DNA from: an uncultured Gemmatimonadales bacterium
GTDB lineage: Bacteria > Gemmatimonadota > Gemmatimonadetes > Gemmatimonadales > Gemmatimonadaceae
Length of the DNA: 64,000 nucleotides
Assembly (NCBI GenBank): GCA_963793305.1
Contig: CAWBZV010000012.1
Span: 192,001-256,000 of the forward strand
Direction: 5' to 3'
A model generated the notes under the pieces. It did no database searches, was not told the DNA's origin, and saw only the letters and a list, made by a program, of their open reading frames with translations. Shown piece by piece: positions 30,897-39,616 of the stretch. Within the stretch, counting starts at the first letter, position 1, and every line of letters begins with the position of its first letter. A program made the position numbers and the translations under genes.

Positions 30897-32292
30897 CGAA
30901 CGCCAGTGACTGGCTGTCCGGTGACCAGGAGTTCACGTTGATCGTGCCCTGGCCGCCGAAGAGTTTCGCCAGCTCGTCGATGGCTCTCGTGCCAAGGTTC
31001 ATGACGCGCAACCGGACGTCTTTATTCTCCGGGTGATCGCCCACGCCTCGTTCGTAGGAGAGAAACGCGAGCATCGTGCCGTCGGGCGAGAGGTGCGGGA
31101 ACCAGTTGTCAGATTCGTCGTTGGTCACCTGCTCTTGCCCCGACCCATCCGGCCTCATTCGCCAGATCTGCATCGATCCCGATCGATCCGAGTTGTAATA
31201 GATGTACTGGCCATCGGGTGAGAACTCGGGCCCATCGTCTTTCCCGGGATTGGTCGTCAGGCGCGTCTCGGCGCCGCCATTCACCGAGATGCTATAGATA
31301 TCGAAATTGCCGCTGCGCAAACCACAATACACCAGGGTCTGGCCATCGGGTGACCAGCCGTGAAAATACGACGGCCCGTTCTCGGTGACTCTGCGCGTTG
31401 CACCGGCTGCCTTGACGTAGATCTGCGATGGCTGATTGCTCGTCTGGTCGCTGAAGGCCCACGATTTCCCATCGCGCGTCACGCCGTGGTCATTGTTGAT
31501 GTTGTTCAGCGGATCGAGGTCGACGGATTCGGCACGCCCATCGCGCAGCTTGTACAGGCGGCCCTTGGTGTTGAAGTACAGCGTCCGGGTGTCATCGGGA
31601 AACCAATTTGGCGCTTCGATGCGCTGGGGCTGCACGACGACGTACGCCACGCGCCGATCTTTGGACGCGAGCGAGATGGTTTCGAGCGTGTTAATGAGCG
31701 TGGTCGCCGAGCCGGACGATGGCTTGCCGAGTGACACGTTCGAGAACCGCGCGGTCTCCAGGCGTCCGGTGTTGTGCGCCGTGACCGCCAGGCCGACGTA
31801 GTACTCGCCGGTCAGATGGACTTTCGTGGCGCCGCCCGCCGGGGCGCCGTCGACGTACATCGAGACATAGTCCCCGCGCTTCTCGATGCGCAGCCGGGTC
31901 GGCGCCAGAACGTTGGATTGAACCTCGTGAGTGACGTCGCCCTTGGCCTCGCGCCATTGGAGCGATGTCAGCCCGTCACCGTGCCGGGCAGCGTCGATGT
32001 ACGGCGAATCGGGATCAAGCGATTGCCGGATGAGCAGACACGCCTTCCGGTGCGGCTCCGGACTCGAGCCGACGAATTCCACTGTCGCCTCGAGCGAGAC
32101 GTTGCCAGAGACTTTGATCCAGACGTAGTGAAAGTGGTCGGCGGTGCCCCACATATTTTCACCGCCGCCGGTGACCGTGTAGGTTCCGGTCGCGGCATCG
32201 TATCTGACCGACCCCGGGCCGATCGTCGACGGCTTGCCGACATCGCCGTGATTCGCAAAGATGCCGACACTCAACATCACGAGGAGATGCAT
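30850..32292 (-). CDS. TolB-like PD40 beta-propeller protein
   Basis: EAPNW, NNDHG, HGWSPDG, DDGPEFSPDG, NWFPHLSPDG, GGQGTINVNSWSPD. Confidence 0.85.
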   Translation of the reverse strand: MHLLVMLSVGIFANHGDVGKPSTIGPGSVRYDAATGTYTVTGGGENMWGTADHFHYVWIKVSGNVSLEATVEFVGSSPEPHRKACLLIRQSLDPDSPYIDAARHGDGLTSLQWREAKGDVTHEVQSNVLAPTRLRIEKRGDYVSMYVDGAPAGGATKVHLTGEYYVGLAVTAHNTGRLETARFSNVSLGKPSSGSATTLINTLETISLASKDRRVAYVVVQPQRIEAPNWFPDDTRTLYFNTKGRLYKLRDGRAESVDLDPLNNINNDHGVTRDGKSWAFSDQTSNQPSQIYVKAAGATRRVTENGPSYFHGWSPDGQTLVYCGLRSGNFDIYSISVNGGAETRLTTNPGKDDGPEFSPDGQYIYYNSDRSGSMQIWRMRPDGSGQEQVTNDESDNWFPHLSPDGTMLAFLSYERGVGDHPENKDVRLRVMNLGTRAIDELAKLFGGQGTINVNSWSPDSQSLAFVSYQIVPEQTSYQSH

Positions 32293-32647
32293 GCTGTCAT
32301 CTTACACGCGTTTGGCGCTCGCCGCGACGGCAGTTGTGTTTTCGCAACCGGGCACGACGCAACGGGTCCCGCAATTCGAGAACGACCAGGTAAAGGTCTG
32401 GCGGTCGACGGTCATGCCGAACGCGCCGCTCCCGTTACATCGTCACGAGCATCCGCGCGTGATCATTGCGTTGACCGGTGGGACGATGAACATCGTCATT
32501 CAAGGCGGCAAGACCGAGACTCATCAGTGGGAGACCGGAAAGGCCTATTGGCTTCCGGCGAATCCACCAGGCGAGATGCACACGGATGTCAACGCCGGTG
32601 ACAAGCCCATCGAGGTCATGGTCGTCGAGCTCAAAACCGCGCGCTGA
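32291..32647 (+). CDS. Secreted cupin-domain protein
   Basis: GAGGAG RBS; FENDQVKVW, LHRHEHPRV, HTDVN, VELK. Confidence 0.8.
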   Translation: MLSSYTRLALAATAVVFSQPGTTQRVPQFENDQVKVWRSTVMPNAPLPLHRHEHPRVIIALTGGTMNIVIQGGKTETHQWETGKAYWLPANPPGEMHTDVNAGDKPIEVMVVELKTAR

Positions 32648-32709
32648 GCTTGTCTCACGCGATGTGCATTGGGTAGCTTCGCCGTCCTCTCTCCAGCACA
32701 GGTGGGACG

Positions 32710-33552
32710 ATGAGTCACATGATGAAGATGCAGGACGGCACCCACATTTATTACAAAGATTGGGGCCAGGGACAGCCGGTCGTCTTTAGCCACGGCTGGC
32801 CGCTCAACGCCGACGCGTGGGAAGACCAGATGAACTTCCTGGCGTCACACGGCTTCCGGTGTATCGCCCACGATCGCCGGGGCCACGGCCGGTCGTCGCA
32901 GCCGTTTACCGGCAACGACATGGATACGTACGCCGACGACCTGAACACGGTCGTGCATGAGCTCGATCTGCACGACTGTATTCATGTCGGGCACTCGACC
33001 GGCGGCGGCGAGGTCGCCCGTTACATCGCGCGTCACGGCACCAACCGGGTCGCGAAGGCTGTGCTCGTCAGCTCGGTGCCGCCGCTCCTCGTCAAGACGC
33101 CTGACAATCCCAATGGCGTGCCGATTGAGGCCTTCGATCAGCTCCGCAACGCCATGATAACCGACCGTTCCCAGTTCTGGATCGATTACGCCGACACTTT
33201 CTACGGCGGCAATCGGCCGGGCTCCAAGGTCTCACAGGGCGTCAAGGACACGTTCTGGATGCAGGGCATGCTGGCCAGCCTGCCGGCGGTCTATCAGTGC
33301 ATCAAAGCGTTCTCGGAGACCGACCAGCACGAAGATCTCGAGAAGTTCGACGTGCCGACGTTGATCATCCAGGGCGACGACGATCAGGTCGTCCCGCCCG
33401 CGCTCGCCAGCAAAATCCAGGCAGAGATGATCAAAGGCGCCGTGCTCAAGATCTATAAGGGCGCGCCGCACGGGTTGCCGACCACGCACAAAGACATGCT
33501 GAACGCCGATCTCCTGGCGTTCATCGAACAGCCGGCAATGGCGGGAGTCTGA
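32710..33552 (+). CDS. Non-heme haloperoxidase-like alpha/beta hydrolase
   Basis: [41 protein letters not shown]. Confidence 0.92.
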   Translation: MSHMMKMQDGTHIYYKDWGQGQPVVFSHGWPLNADAWEDQMNFLASHGFRCIAHDRRGHGRSSQPFTGNDMDTYADDLNTVVHELDLHDCIHVGHSTGGGEVARYIARHGTNRVAKAVLVSSVPPLLVKTPDNPNGVPIEAFDQLRNAMITDRSQFWIDYADTFYGGNRPGSKVSQGVKDTFWMQGMLASLPAVYQCIKAFSETDQHEDLEKFDVPTLIIQGDDDQVVPPALASKIQAEMIKGAVLKIYKGAPHGLPTTHKDMLNADLLAFIEQPAMAGV

Positions 33553-33556
33553 CGAG

Positions 33557-33997
33557 CTAGGAGCCGTACCCTCGCGCCATCGCCGTAGCGGCAAGCACCA
33601 TGAGCACAACCAGGCCAGCTTGCACCCGACTGATCAGCGCGAAACGCGGGGCCAGATGCGTGTCCGGTTGCTCGCCACGAGCAACCTGGACACGCCAGCG
33701 GATGAGCGTGATCATGGGTGCGATTTCCAGCGCGAGAATGATGATCAGCAGCGTCATCTTCGCGCGAAAGAACGTATTGTGCAGATAGTACGCGCTGCCT
33801 TTCTCTAGTCCACCGAACGCGCGCATGAGCCCCGTTCCGATCCACAGGATCGCGGCGATCCCCCACCAGGTATCCGCATAAAAGGCCCGGCGAAGATCGG
33901 GAGGACTCGCGCCGAGCATCTGACCGCGTGCCCATACCGCGCCGAGGCCTAGCCCGAGCGCGAGGAGATGGATGGCGGCAAAGGCCCAGCGAGTCAT
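33557..33997 (-). CDS. DUF2214-family membrane protein
   Basis: HLLAL, D..WGIAA, TGL.R..GLEKG..YY..N..F..K, MARGYG. Confidence 0.85.
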   Translation of the reverse strand: MTRWAFAAIHLLALGLGLGAVWARGQMLGASPPDLRRAFYADTWWGIAAILWIGTGLMRAFGGLEKGSAYYLHNTFFRAKMTLLIIILALEIAPMITLIRWRVQVARGEQPDTHLAPRFALISRVQAGLVVLMVLAATAMARGYGS

Positions 33998-34764
33998 TGG
34001 GCGCCCTTCGCGAGAGCATCCGGGGCGCCCAGAACCGCGGCGAGCTCTGTCGGCAGGTTATGCCGCGCTTGGAGATACGCGGGCGCGTTGTAGGAGATCG
34101 AGACCTTGCCGTTCGCGTCCTCGGCAACGAGTAGCTTCATCGGCAGGTCGAGCGCGATGCTCGGGCTGGCGATCATGAGCGGCGTGCCGCCCTTGGGATT
34201 GCCAAAGATCAGCAACTTGGTGTTGGGCATCTTGAGCCCAGCCGCTTGTGCCTCGCCGCTGTGGTCGACCAGCGCGAAGAGCTTGATGCCTTTGGCTTGC
34301 AGCTCACGCTGGATGGTCGCGACGGTCTCGTCGACCGAATGCTGGCTTGGCAGCGTCACGATGCCATTGTCCGCGCTCATGTGTGCCTGTTCCCCGTTGG
34401 CGTGACTGAAGAAGAGCAACCCGACAACCATAGCGAATCCCAGCGCGGCGAGCAGCGCGGCCAGGCCGACGCCGAGGCGCGAGGCGCGGCCGAGGTCCGT
34501 GCCGCCCTGCTTCAACTCCCGCACCAGCCGCAGATAATTCCACGCACAGCCGATGTTGACGACCACGCCGAGGGCAACGAGCGCCGTACCGAACGGGACG
34601 GACAAGCCGTAGTTCTGGTCGCTCAGGTGGCCCGCGCCGGCGAGCGCTTGAATGTAGATCCCGAAGCGGGCGACCACGAAGCCGAAGCCCATGAGCGCGA
34701 GCCCCGTGCGAATCCAGGCCAGAAAAGTTCGCTCGGCTGCCAGGTAATCGCTCGGACCACTCAT
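33994..34764 (-). CDS. DUF202 (YidH-like) - DUF302 fusion protein
   Basis: AAERTFLAWIRT plus 3 TM, then VDHSGEA..LIFGNPKGGTPLM..ALDLP. Confidence 0.85.
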   Translation of the reverse strand: MSGPSDYLAAERTFLAWIRTGLALMGFGFVVARFGIYIQALAGAGHLSDQNYGLSVPFGTALVALGVVVNIGCAWNYLRLVRELKQGGTDLGRASRLGVGLAALLAALGFAMVVGLLFFSHANGEQAHMSADNGIVTLPSQHSVDETVATIQRELQAKGIKLFALVDHSGEAQAAGLKMPNTKLLIFGNPKGGTPLMIASPSIALDLPMKLLVAEDANGKVSISYNAPAYLQARHNLPTELAAVLGAPDALAKGAQ

Positions 34765-35426
34765 CGGCCACCTCGGGCTACGCCAGTGATGGTCACGATT
34801 GTATCCGGGTCCCGCAGGTCGCGTCCACTGATGCGTAACGGCACGTCAGCCCCCTCAAATGGATCGGGCGTCACAAGCAGGTGTTGGCCGTAGAGTGCGA
34901 CCGCATAGTCAAACTCGCGAACCCGCATGTCGGTGCAAGTACAAAAAGTCAGCGACGCCAGATCGCCGATTCGCAAGAATGCATAGTCCCGCCAGAGCTC
35001 GAGCATCGATGCTTGGGCCGCCGCGAGATGTCGATCGCGCAACGCCTCCATCTCGGGAAAGAACGACGCCCATTCGGGATCCGCCCGATAACGCGAATAC
35101 ACGTACGCGGCGTGATGCGCGACGAGGGCGGCACAGTATGGGTTGGCGGCGAGACGAGCAATGGCGCGCGGCCAGACGCCACGTTTGATGTCGCCAGACA
35201 CTGTCATGAAATCGAGAACGGCGCCAGTGCCGGGATCGATGCGAAGCTCGGCGTCGATCTCACGCCACCCGTTGTCATGCTCAGCGACCGCCAGCAGGAT
35301 GTCGTCGCGCCGAGGCGAGGTCGGCAGACCATTGGCGCGCCAGGATCGCATGATCTGGGCGGCCAACGCGGCGTGGTCGGGCTGCGTGATGGCCACACGC
35401 GTCGACCCGTTAGGCCGAAGAATCAT
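34761..35426 (-). CDS. DUF3891-family protein
   Basis: ITQPDHAALA, EHDNGW, DLASL..C motifs. Confidence 0.75.
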   Translation of the reverse strand: MILRPNGSTRVAITQPDHAALAAQIMRSWRANGLPTSPRRDDILLAVAEHDNGWREIDAELRIDPGTGAVLDFMTVSGDIKRGVWPRAIARLAANPYCAALVAHHAAYVYSRYRADPEWASFFPEMEALRDRHLAAAQASMLELWRDYAFLRIGDLASLTFCTCTDMRVREFDYAVALYGQHLLVTPDPFEGADVPLRISGRDLRDPDTIVTITGVARGGR

Positions 35427-35450
35427 GGCCGGAATATAGCAACGCTTGAC

Positions 35451-35473
35451 TTGTTGTCGCCTGTCGACAACAA
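35451..35473. promoter_or_regulatory. PadR operator (perfect 9-bp inverted repeat)
   Basis: TTGTTGTCG-CCTGT-CGACAACAA, 7 nt before the PadR ATG. Confidence 0.75.
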
Positions 35474-35480
35474 TAGGGGC

Positions 35481-35804
35481 ATGAGCCCTGACGATCGCCT
35501 GCAAGGCACCCTGGACCTGCTCGTCCTCCGTACGCTGGCCGACGCGCCGCTCCACGGCTGGGCGATATCGCGGCGTATCCGCGAGCGCTCCGGCGACGTG
35601 CTCCAGGTCAACCAAGGGTCGCTCTACCCCGCGCTCCATCGCCTGGAGAGCGAGGGCTGGCTCGCGTCGGAGTGGTCGGTCGTCGGAGGCCGGAGAGCGA
35701 AAGTGTATCGGCTGACCACGCAAGGACGGCGCGCATCCGAGCGGGAGGAGCGCGGCTGGCTCGCGTTCGTCGCCGCTGTCTCACAGGTGCTCAGTCCCGC
35801 ATGA
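35481..35804 (+). CDS. PadR-family transcriptional regulator
   Basis: LQGTLDLLVL, HGWAIS, GSLYPALHRLE, RRAKVYRLT. Confidence 0.93.
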   Translation: MSPDDRLQGTLDLLVLRTLADAPLHGWAISRRIRERSGDVLQVNQGSLYPALHRLESEGWLASEWSVVGGRRAKVYRLTTQGRRASEREERGWLAFVAAVSQVLSPA

Positions 35805-38365
35805 CAAAGATCCTGCAGCGCATCCGCGCAATTCTCTTCCGCCGCGCCGCCGAGCGCGACCTCGATGACGAGATCGGATTGCACTTGGCGCTGGAGGCCG
35901 AGCAGCTCGAGCAGCAGGGGCTCGACGCGCGCACCGCCGCCGCCACGGCCCGTCGCCGATTCGGACGGATCGACGGCGTGAAAGACGCGCTGCGCGGCCT
36001 CCGCGGAGTCGAGCCGATCGAGGACTTCCGCCGCGATCTGGTGTTCGCCGCACGGGCGTTACGACGGCGGCCTGGATTTGCCGCCGTCGTCGTGCTGACG
36101 CTCGTCATCGGTCTCACGAGCGCGACGACCATGTTCGCCGTCGTGTACGGCGTGTTGTGGGCGCCGCTTCCCTACGCCGATGCCGACCGCCTCGTGACGG
36201 TGTGGCAGACCGATATCCCCCACGGCATCGATCGCGCCCCGGTGTCGCTGCCAAATTTCCTCGACTGGCAGACCCGCAGCCACGCATTCAGCGCGTTGGC
36301 CGTCGCCGAACCGTTCGGCGTGCGCTACGCGGCGCCGGAAGGCCCGGAGCGATTCGCCGCCTGGCGCGTCACGCAAGGATTTTTCGAGGCGCTGCGCGCC
36401 ACGCCGTTGCTCGGGCGGACGTTCACGCCCGAAGAGTACGTGCGCGGCCGCGACGCGGAGGTCGTGCTCGACTACGATCTCTGGCACACGCGGTTCAATG
36501 CCGACTCGAGCCTCGTCGGCAAAACGCTGAAGCTGAACGACCGACCTGTCCTCGTGGTCGGCGTCATGCCACCAGGCGTTCGCTTTCCGCCGGGTTCTGG
36601 CCTCTGGATCCCGAAGATCCCGGATCCGAGCGAGCTGTTGCAGCGCAATGCCGCTTACCTTTTATGCATAGGCCGGCTCGCGCCGGGCGTGACGCTGGAT
36701 CAGGCGCGTGGCGATATGCGCCGCATCGCGGCCGCGCTGGCACAAGAGTATCCCAGTGTCGACCACGATGTCAGCGTCTCGCTGGTACCGGTGCGCGATC
36801 AGATCGTCGGCCACGTGCGAGGCCGGCTGCTGCTCCTCTTCGCGTCGGTCGGTCTGTTACTGCTGCTCACGGGCACGAACCTCACCACCTTGCTGCTCGC
36901 GCGCGCCGTGGAGCGCGAGGGCGAGGTCTCCATCCGTGTCGCGCTCGGCGCCGGGCGCTTCCGCATCGCGCGTCAGGTTCTGGTCGAGCACAGTGTGCTC
37001 TTTGGGGTCGGCTTGCTGTTCAGTATCGTCTTGACGTATTTCGCCCTCGGCTGGGCCCGCTCGCTCGGCGCTGGCCTGTTGCCGCGCGCGGATCAGCTGC
37101 ATCTCGGACTGCCGGTCGTGCTCTTCGCCGTTGCGATCATTGTCGCGCTGGCGTTCATGCCAACGCGAAGCCCGCGAAAGGGGCGGCGCGTCCATCGGGT
37201 CCTCGTCGTGAGCGAGGTCGCGCTGGCGCTGGTGCTCGTCGTCGGCGCGGGGCTCTTCGTGAAAAGCGTCCGCGCCCTCCTCGCGGTCGATCCCGGGTTC
37301 GCGCCCACGAACATCCTGGCCGCCATGTTTCAGACCGAGCACCTGTTCCCGGCGGATACGGCGCGCGTGGCGTTCCTCCGTACCCTCGAGGATCGCGTGG
37401 CAACGATCCCCGGCGTGCGGCACGTCGGCATCACCTCGCTCTTGCCATTCGCCGGCCCGATTGCCACCAATCACGCCGAGTTCGAGATCAAGGGGCGACC
37501 CGTTGGATCGGCGCGGGAGCGGCCCAGCGTCCTCGCCGCGGCGACGACGCCCGGGTATTTCGCCACACTGAACATCCCACTGCACCGTGGCCGGGCATTC
37601 GTCGCGACGGACGACGCCGCGCACCCTCCGGTCGCCATCGTGAGCGCCGCGTTCGCGCGCGAGTATTTCGGCACCGCCGACCCCATCGGGCAGCGGCTCG
37701 TGGTCTCATTCGACAGCAATCCCATCGAGCGGGAGATTGTTGGCGTCGTCGGCGATGTCCACGATGCGGGTCTCGACGAGCCGCCCAAGCCGGAGTTGTA
37801 CACGCCCTACGCCCAGTCGCCGATCGGCGGGGTCGAGCTCGTCGTGCAAACCGCCATCCCTCCAGGCGCCGTGCTCGGTTCCGTGCGTCGCGAGCTGGCG
37901 GCGGTGAACGCGTCCCAGCCTATCGCCTCGTCGGCCACGCTTGACGAGCTCCTCGCCACGTCCACGCGTCCGTCGCGGGTGGTCCTCACCGTGCTCGGCG
38001 TGTTCGCGGCGATTGCGTTGACGCTCGCCGGCGTGGGTATCTTCGGCATCATGAGCCACGTGACCCGCACGCGCACCCGAGAGGTGTCCATTCGGCTGGC
38101 ACTCGGCGCCACGTCGCATGGCATTCGGCGCCTCATCCTCGGCGAAGCTATCGCGCTCGCCGGAATCGGCTCTGGTATCGGCCTCATCGTTGCGCTCATC
38201 TCAGGGCGCTCGATTCGCGCGCTCCTCTACGCGGTGTCACCGATCGACCCCGTGACGCTCGCCATCGGTATCACGCTTCTGCTCGCCGTGGCAAGCCTCG
38301 CCGCGTACATCCCGGCTCGTCGCGCCGGGAGCGTCGACGCCGTGCGCGCGCTGCGAGAAAATTGA
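35801..38365 (+). CDS. ADOP-type duplicated ABC permease with N-terminal prefix domain
   Basis: LDDEI..HL..A.RRFG prefix; two FtsX halves; ATGA overlap with PadR. Confidence 0.92.
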   Translation: MTKILQRIRAILFRRAAERDLDDEIGLHLALEAEQLEQQGLDARTAAATARRRFGRIDGVKDALRGLRGVEPIEDFRRDLVFAARALRRRPGFAAVVVLTLVIGLTSATTMFAVVYGVLWAPLPYADADRLVTVWQTDIPHGIDRAPVSLPNFLDWQTRSHAFSALAVAEPFGVRYAAPEGPERFAAWRVTQGFFEALRATPLLGRTFTPEEYVRGRDAEVVLDYDLWHTRFNADSSLVGKTLKLNDRPVLVVGVMPPGVRFPPGSGLWIPKIPDPSELLQRNAAYLLCIGRLAPGVTLDQARGDMRRIAAALAQEYPSVDHDVSVSLVPVRDQIVGHVRGRLLLLFASVGLLLLLTGTNLTTLLLARAVEREGEVSIRVALGAGRFRIARQVLVEHSVLFGVGLLFSIVLTYFALGWARSLGAGLLPRADQLHLGLPVVLFAVAIIVALAFMPTRSPRKGRRVHRVLVVSEVALALVLVVGAGLFVKSVRALLAVDPGFAPTNILAAMFQTEHLFPADTARVAFLRTLEDRVATIPGVRHVGITSLLPFAGPIATNHAEFEIKGRPVGSARERPSVLAAATTPGYFATLNIPLHRGRAFVATDDAAHPPVAIVSAAFAREYFGTADPIGQRLVVSFDSNPIEREIVGVVGDVHDAGLDEPPKPELYTPYAQSPIGGVELVVQTAIPPGAVLGSVRRELAAVNASQPIASSATLDELLATSTRPSRVVLTVLGVFAAIALTLAGVGIFGIMSHVTRTRTREVSIRLALGATSHGIRRLILGEAIALAGIGSGIGLIVALISGRSIRALLYAVSPIDPVTLAIGITLLLAVASLAAYIPARRAGSVDAVRALREN

Positions 38366-38443
38366 AAAGATTGAAGTCCGAATACGACAAGCACGCGTCG
38401 CCGCGGACGTCCATTAATGGCGCTTCCCTAACAGGAGCGCGAC

Positions 38444-39616
38444 ATGTACCGAACGTGGTCCGTACTGGCGGTCGCCACGCTCGTCGGCTGTAGCAGCAGT
38501 CACGACGCCACCACGACGGCCCCAACACTACGCGCCGATCGTGAGCCCTCGGCCCCGCAATACAACATCGTCACCGTGCCGATGTCCTCCAGCAACGCGA
38601 TCAACAACGAGGGCGCGGTCGCCGGATTCATTCAGGCGAACAACATCCAGACGGCGACGTTCTTTCACGATGGCGTCGTCACATCACTCGGCACGCTCGG
38701 CGGTCCAAACAGCCAGGTGGGGTGGCCGGGGCTCAATGACGACAACACGGTCGTGGGCTTTGCCGAAACGGCCGAGTTGTCGCCACTTGGCGAGCACTGG
38801 AGCTGCTCGGCGTTCTTCCCGACGATCACGGGCCACATCTGCCGTGGTTTCGCCTGGCGCAACGGTAGGATGACGGCCATGCCGACGCTCGGCGGCGATA
38901 ACAGCTTCGGCACCGAGGTGAACAATCGTGGACACGTCGTCGGCTGGGCCGAGACCGCTGTCCACGATCCGACATGCCACGCGCCGCAAGTACTCGGATT
39001 CCGCGCCGTCGTCTGGCATCCCGAGAGCGGCCGAATTCACGAGCTGCGTCCGCTCCCTGGCGATTCGGCCAGCTCGGCGACGGCAATCAACGACCGCGAC
39101 CAGGTCGTCGGCATCTCCGGCGCGTGCGACACCGCTGTCGGTGGAATCAGCGCTCGCCGCGCGGTCATGTGGGATCACGGTCGGGTGATCGACATCGGCG
39201 GCTTGGGTGGCAGCGCATGGAATACCGCTATGGCGCTCAACAATGACGGCGTTGTCGTCGGGTTTGCCGACTTGACCGGCGACCAGAACGGCGCGGCGCC
39301 GAACTTTCACGCCTTCGTCTGGACGCGAGACGACGGGATCACGGACCTGAAGACGCTCTCGGGTGACGCGCTATCAGAAGCGCTCGACGTCAACAATCGC
39401 GGCCAGATAGTGGGCATCTCGATCGGCGCGACGGCTCGGGCGTTTTTGTATCAGGACCACCACATGATCAACCTGCAAGATCTCATGCCGAAGGGCTATC
39501 CGAATCTCCTGCAGAGCGCGCAGGGCATCAACGACGAGGGCCAGATCACGGGTTTCTTAGTCGTACCGAGCACGGGCGAACAGCTCGCGTTTATCGCGAC
39601 GCCGTCACACCGGTAA
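38444..39616 (+). CDS. HAF-repeat extracellular lipoprotein
   Basis: Lipobox TLVGC; repeated INN.G.VVG, LGTLGG, HAFVW; CAGGAG RBS. Confidence 0.85.
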   Translation: MYRTWSVLAVATLVGCSSSHDATTTAPTLRADREPSAPQYNIVTVPMSSSNAINNEGAVAGFIQANNIQTATFFHDGVVTSLGTLGGPNSQVGWPGLNDDNTVVGFAETAELSPLGEHWSCSAFFPTITGHICRGFAWRNGRMTAMPTLGGDNSFGTEVNNRGHVVGWAETAVHDPTCHAPQVLGFRAVVWHPESGRIHELRPLPGDSASSATAINDRDQVVGISGACDTAVGGISARRAVMWDHGRVIDIGGLGGSAWNTAMALNNDGVVVGFADLTGDQNGAAPNFHAFVWTRDDGITDLKTLSGDALSEALDVNNRGQIVGISIGATARAFLYQDHHMINLQDLMPKGYPNLLQSAQGINDEGQITGFLVVPSTGEQLAFIATPSHR

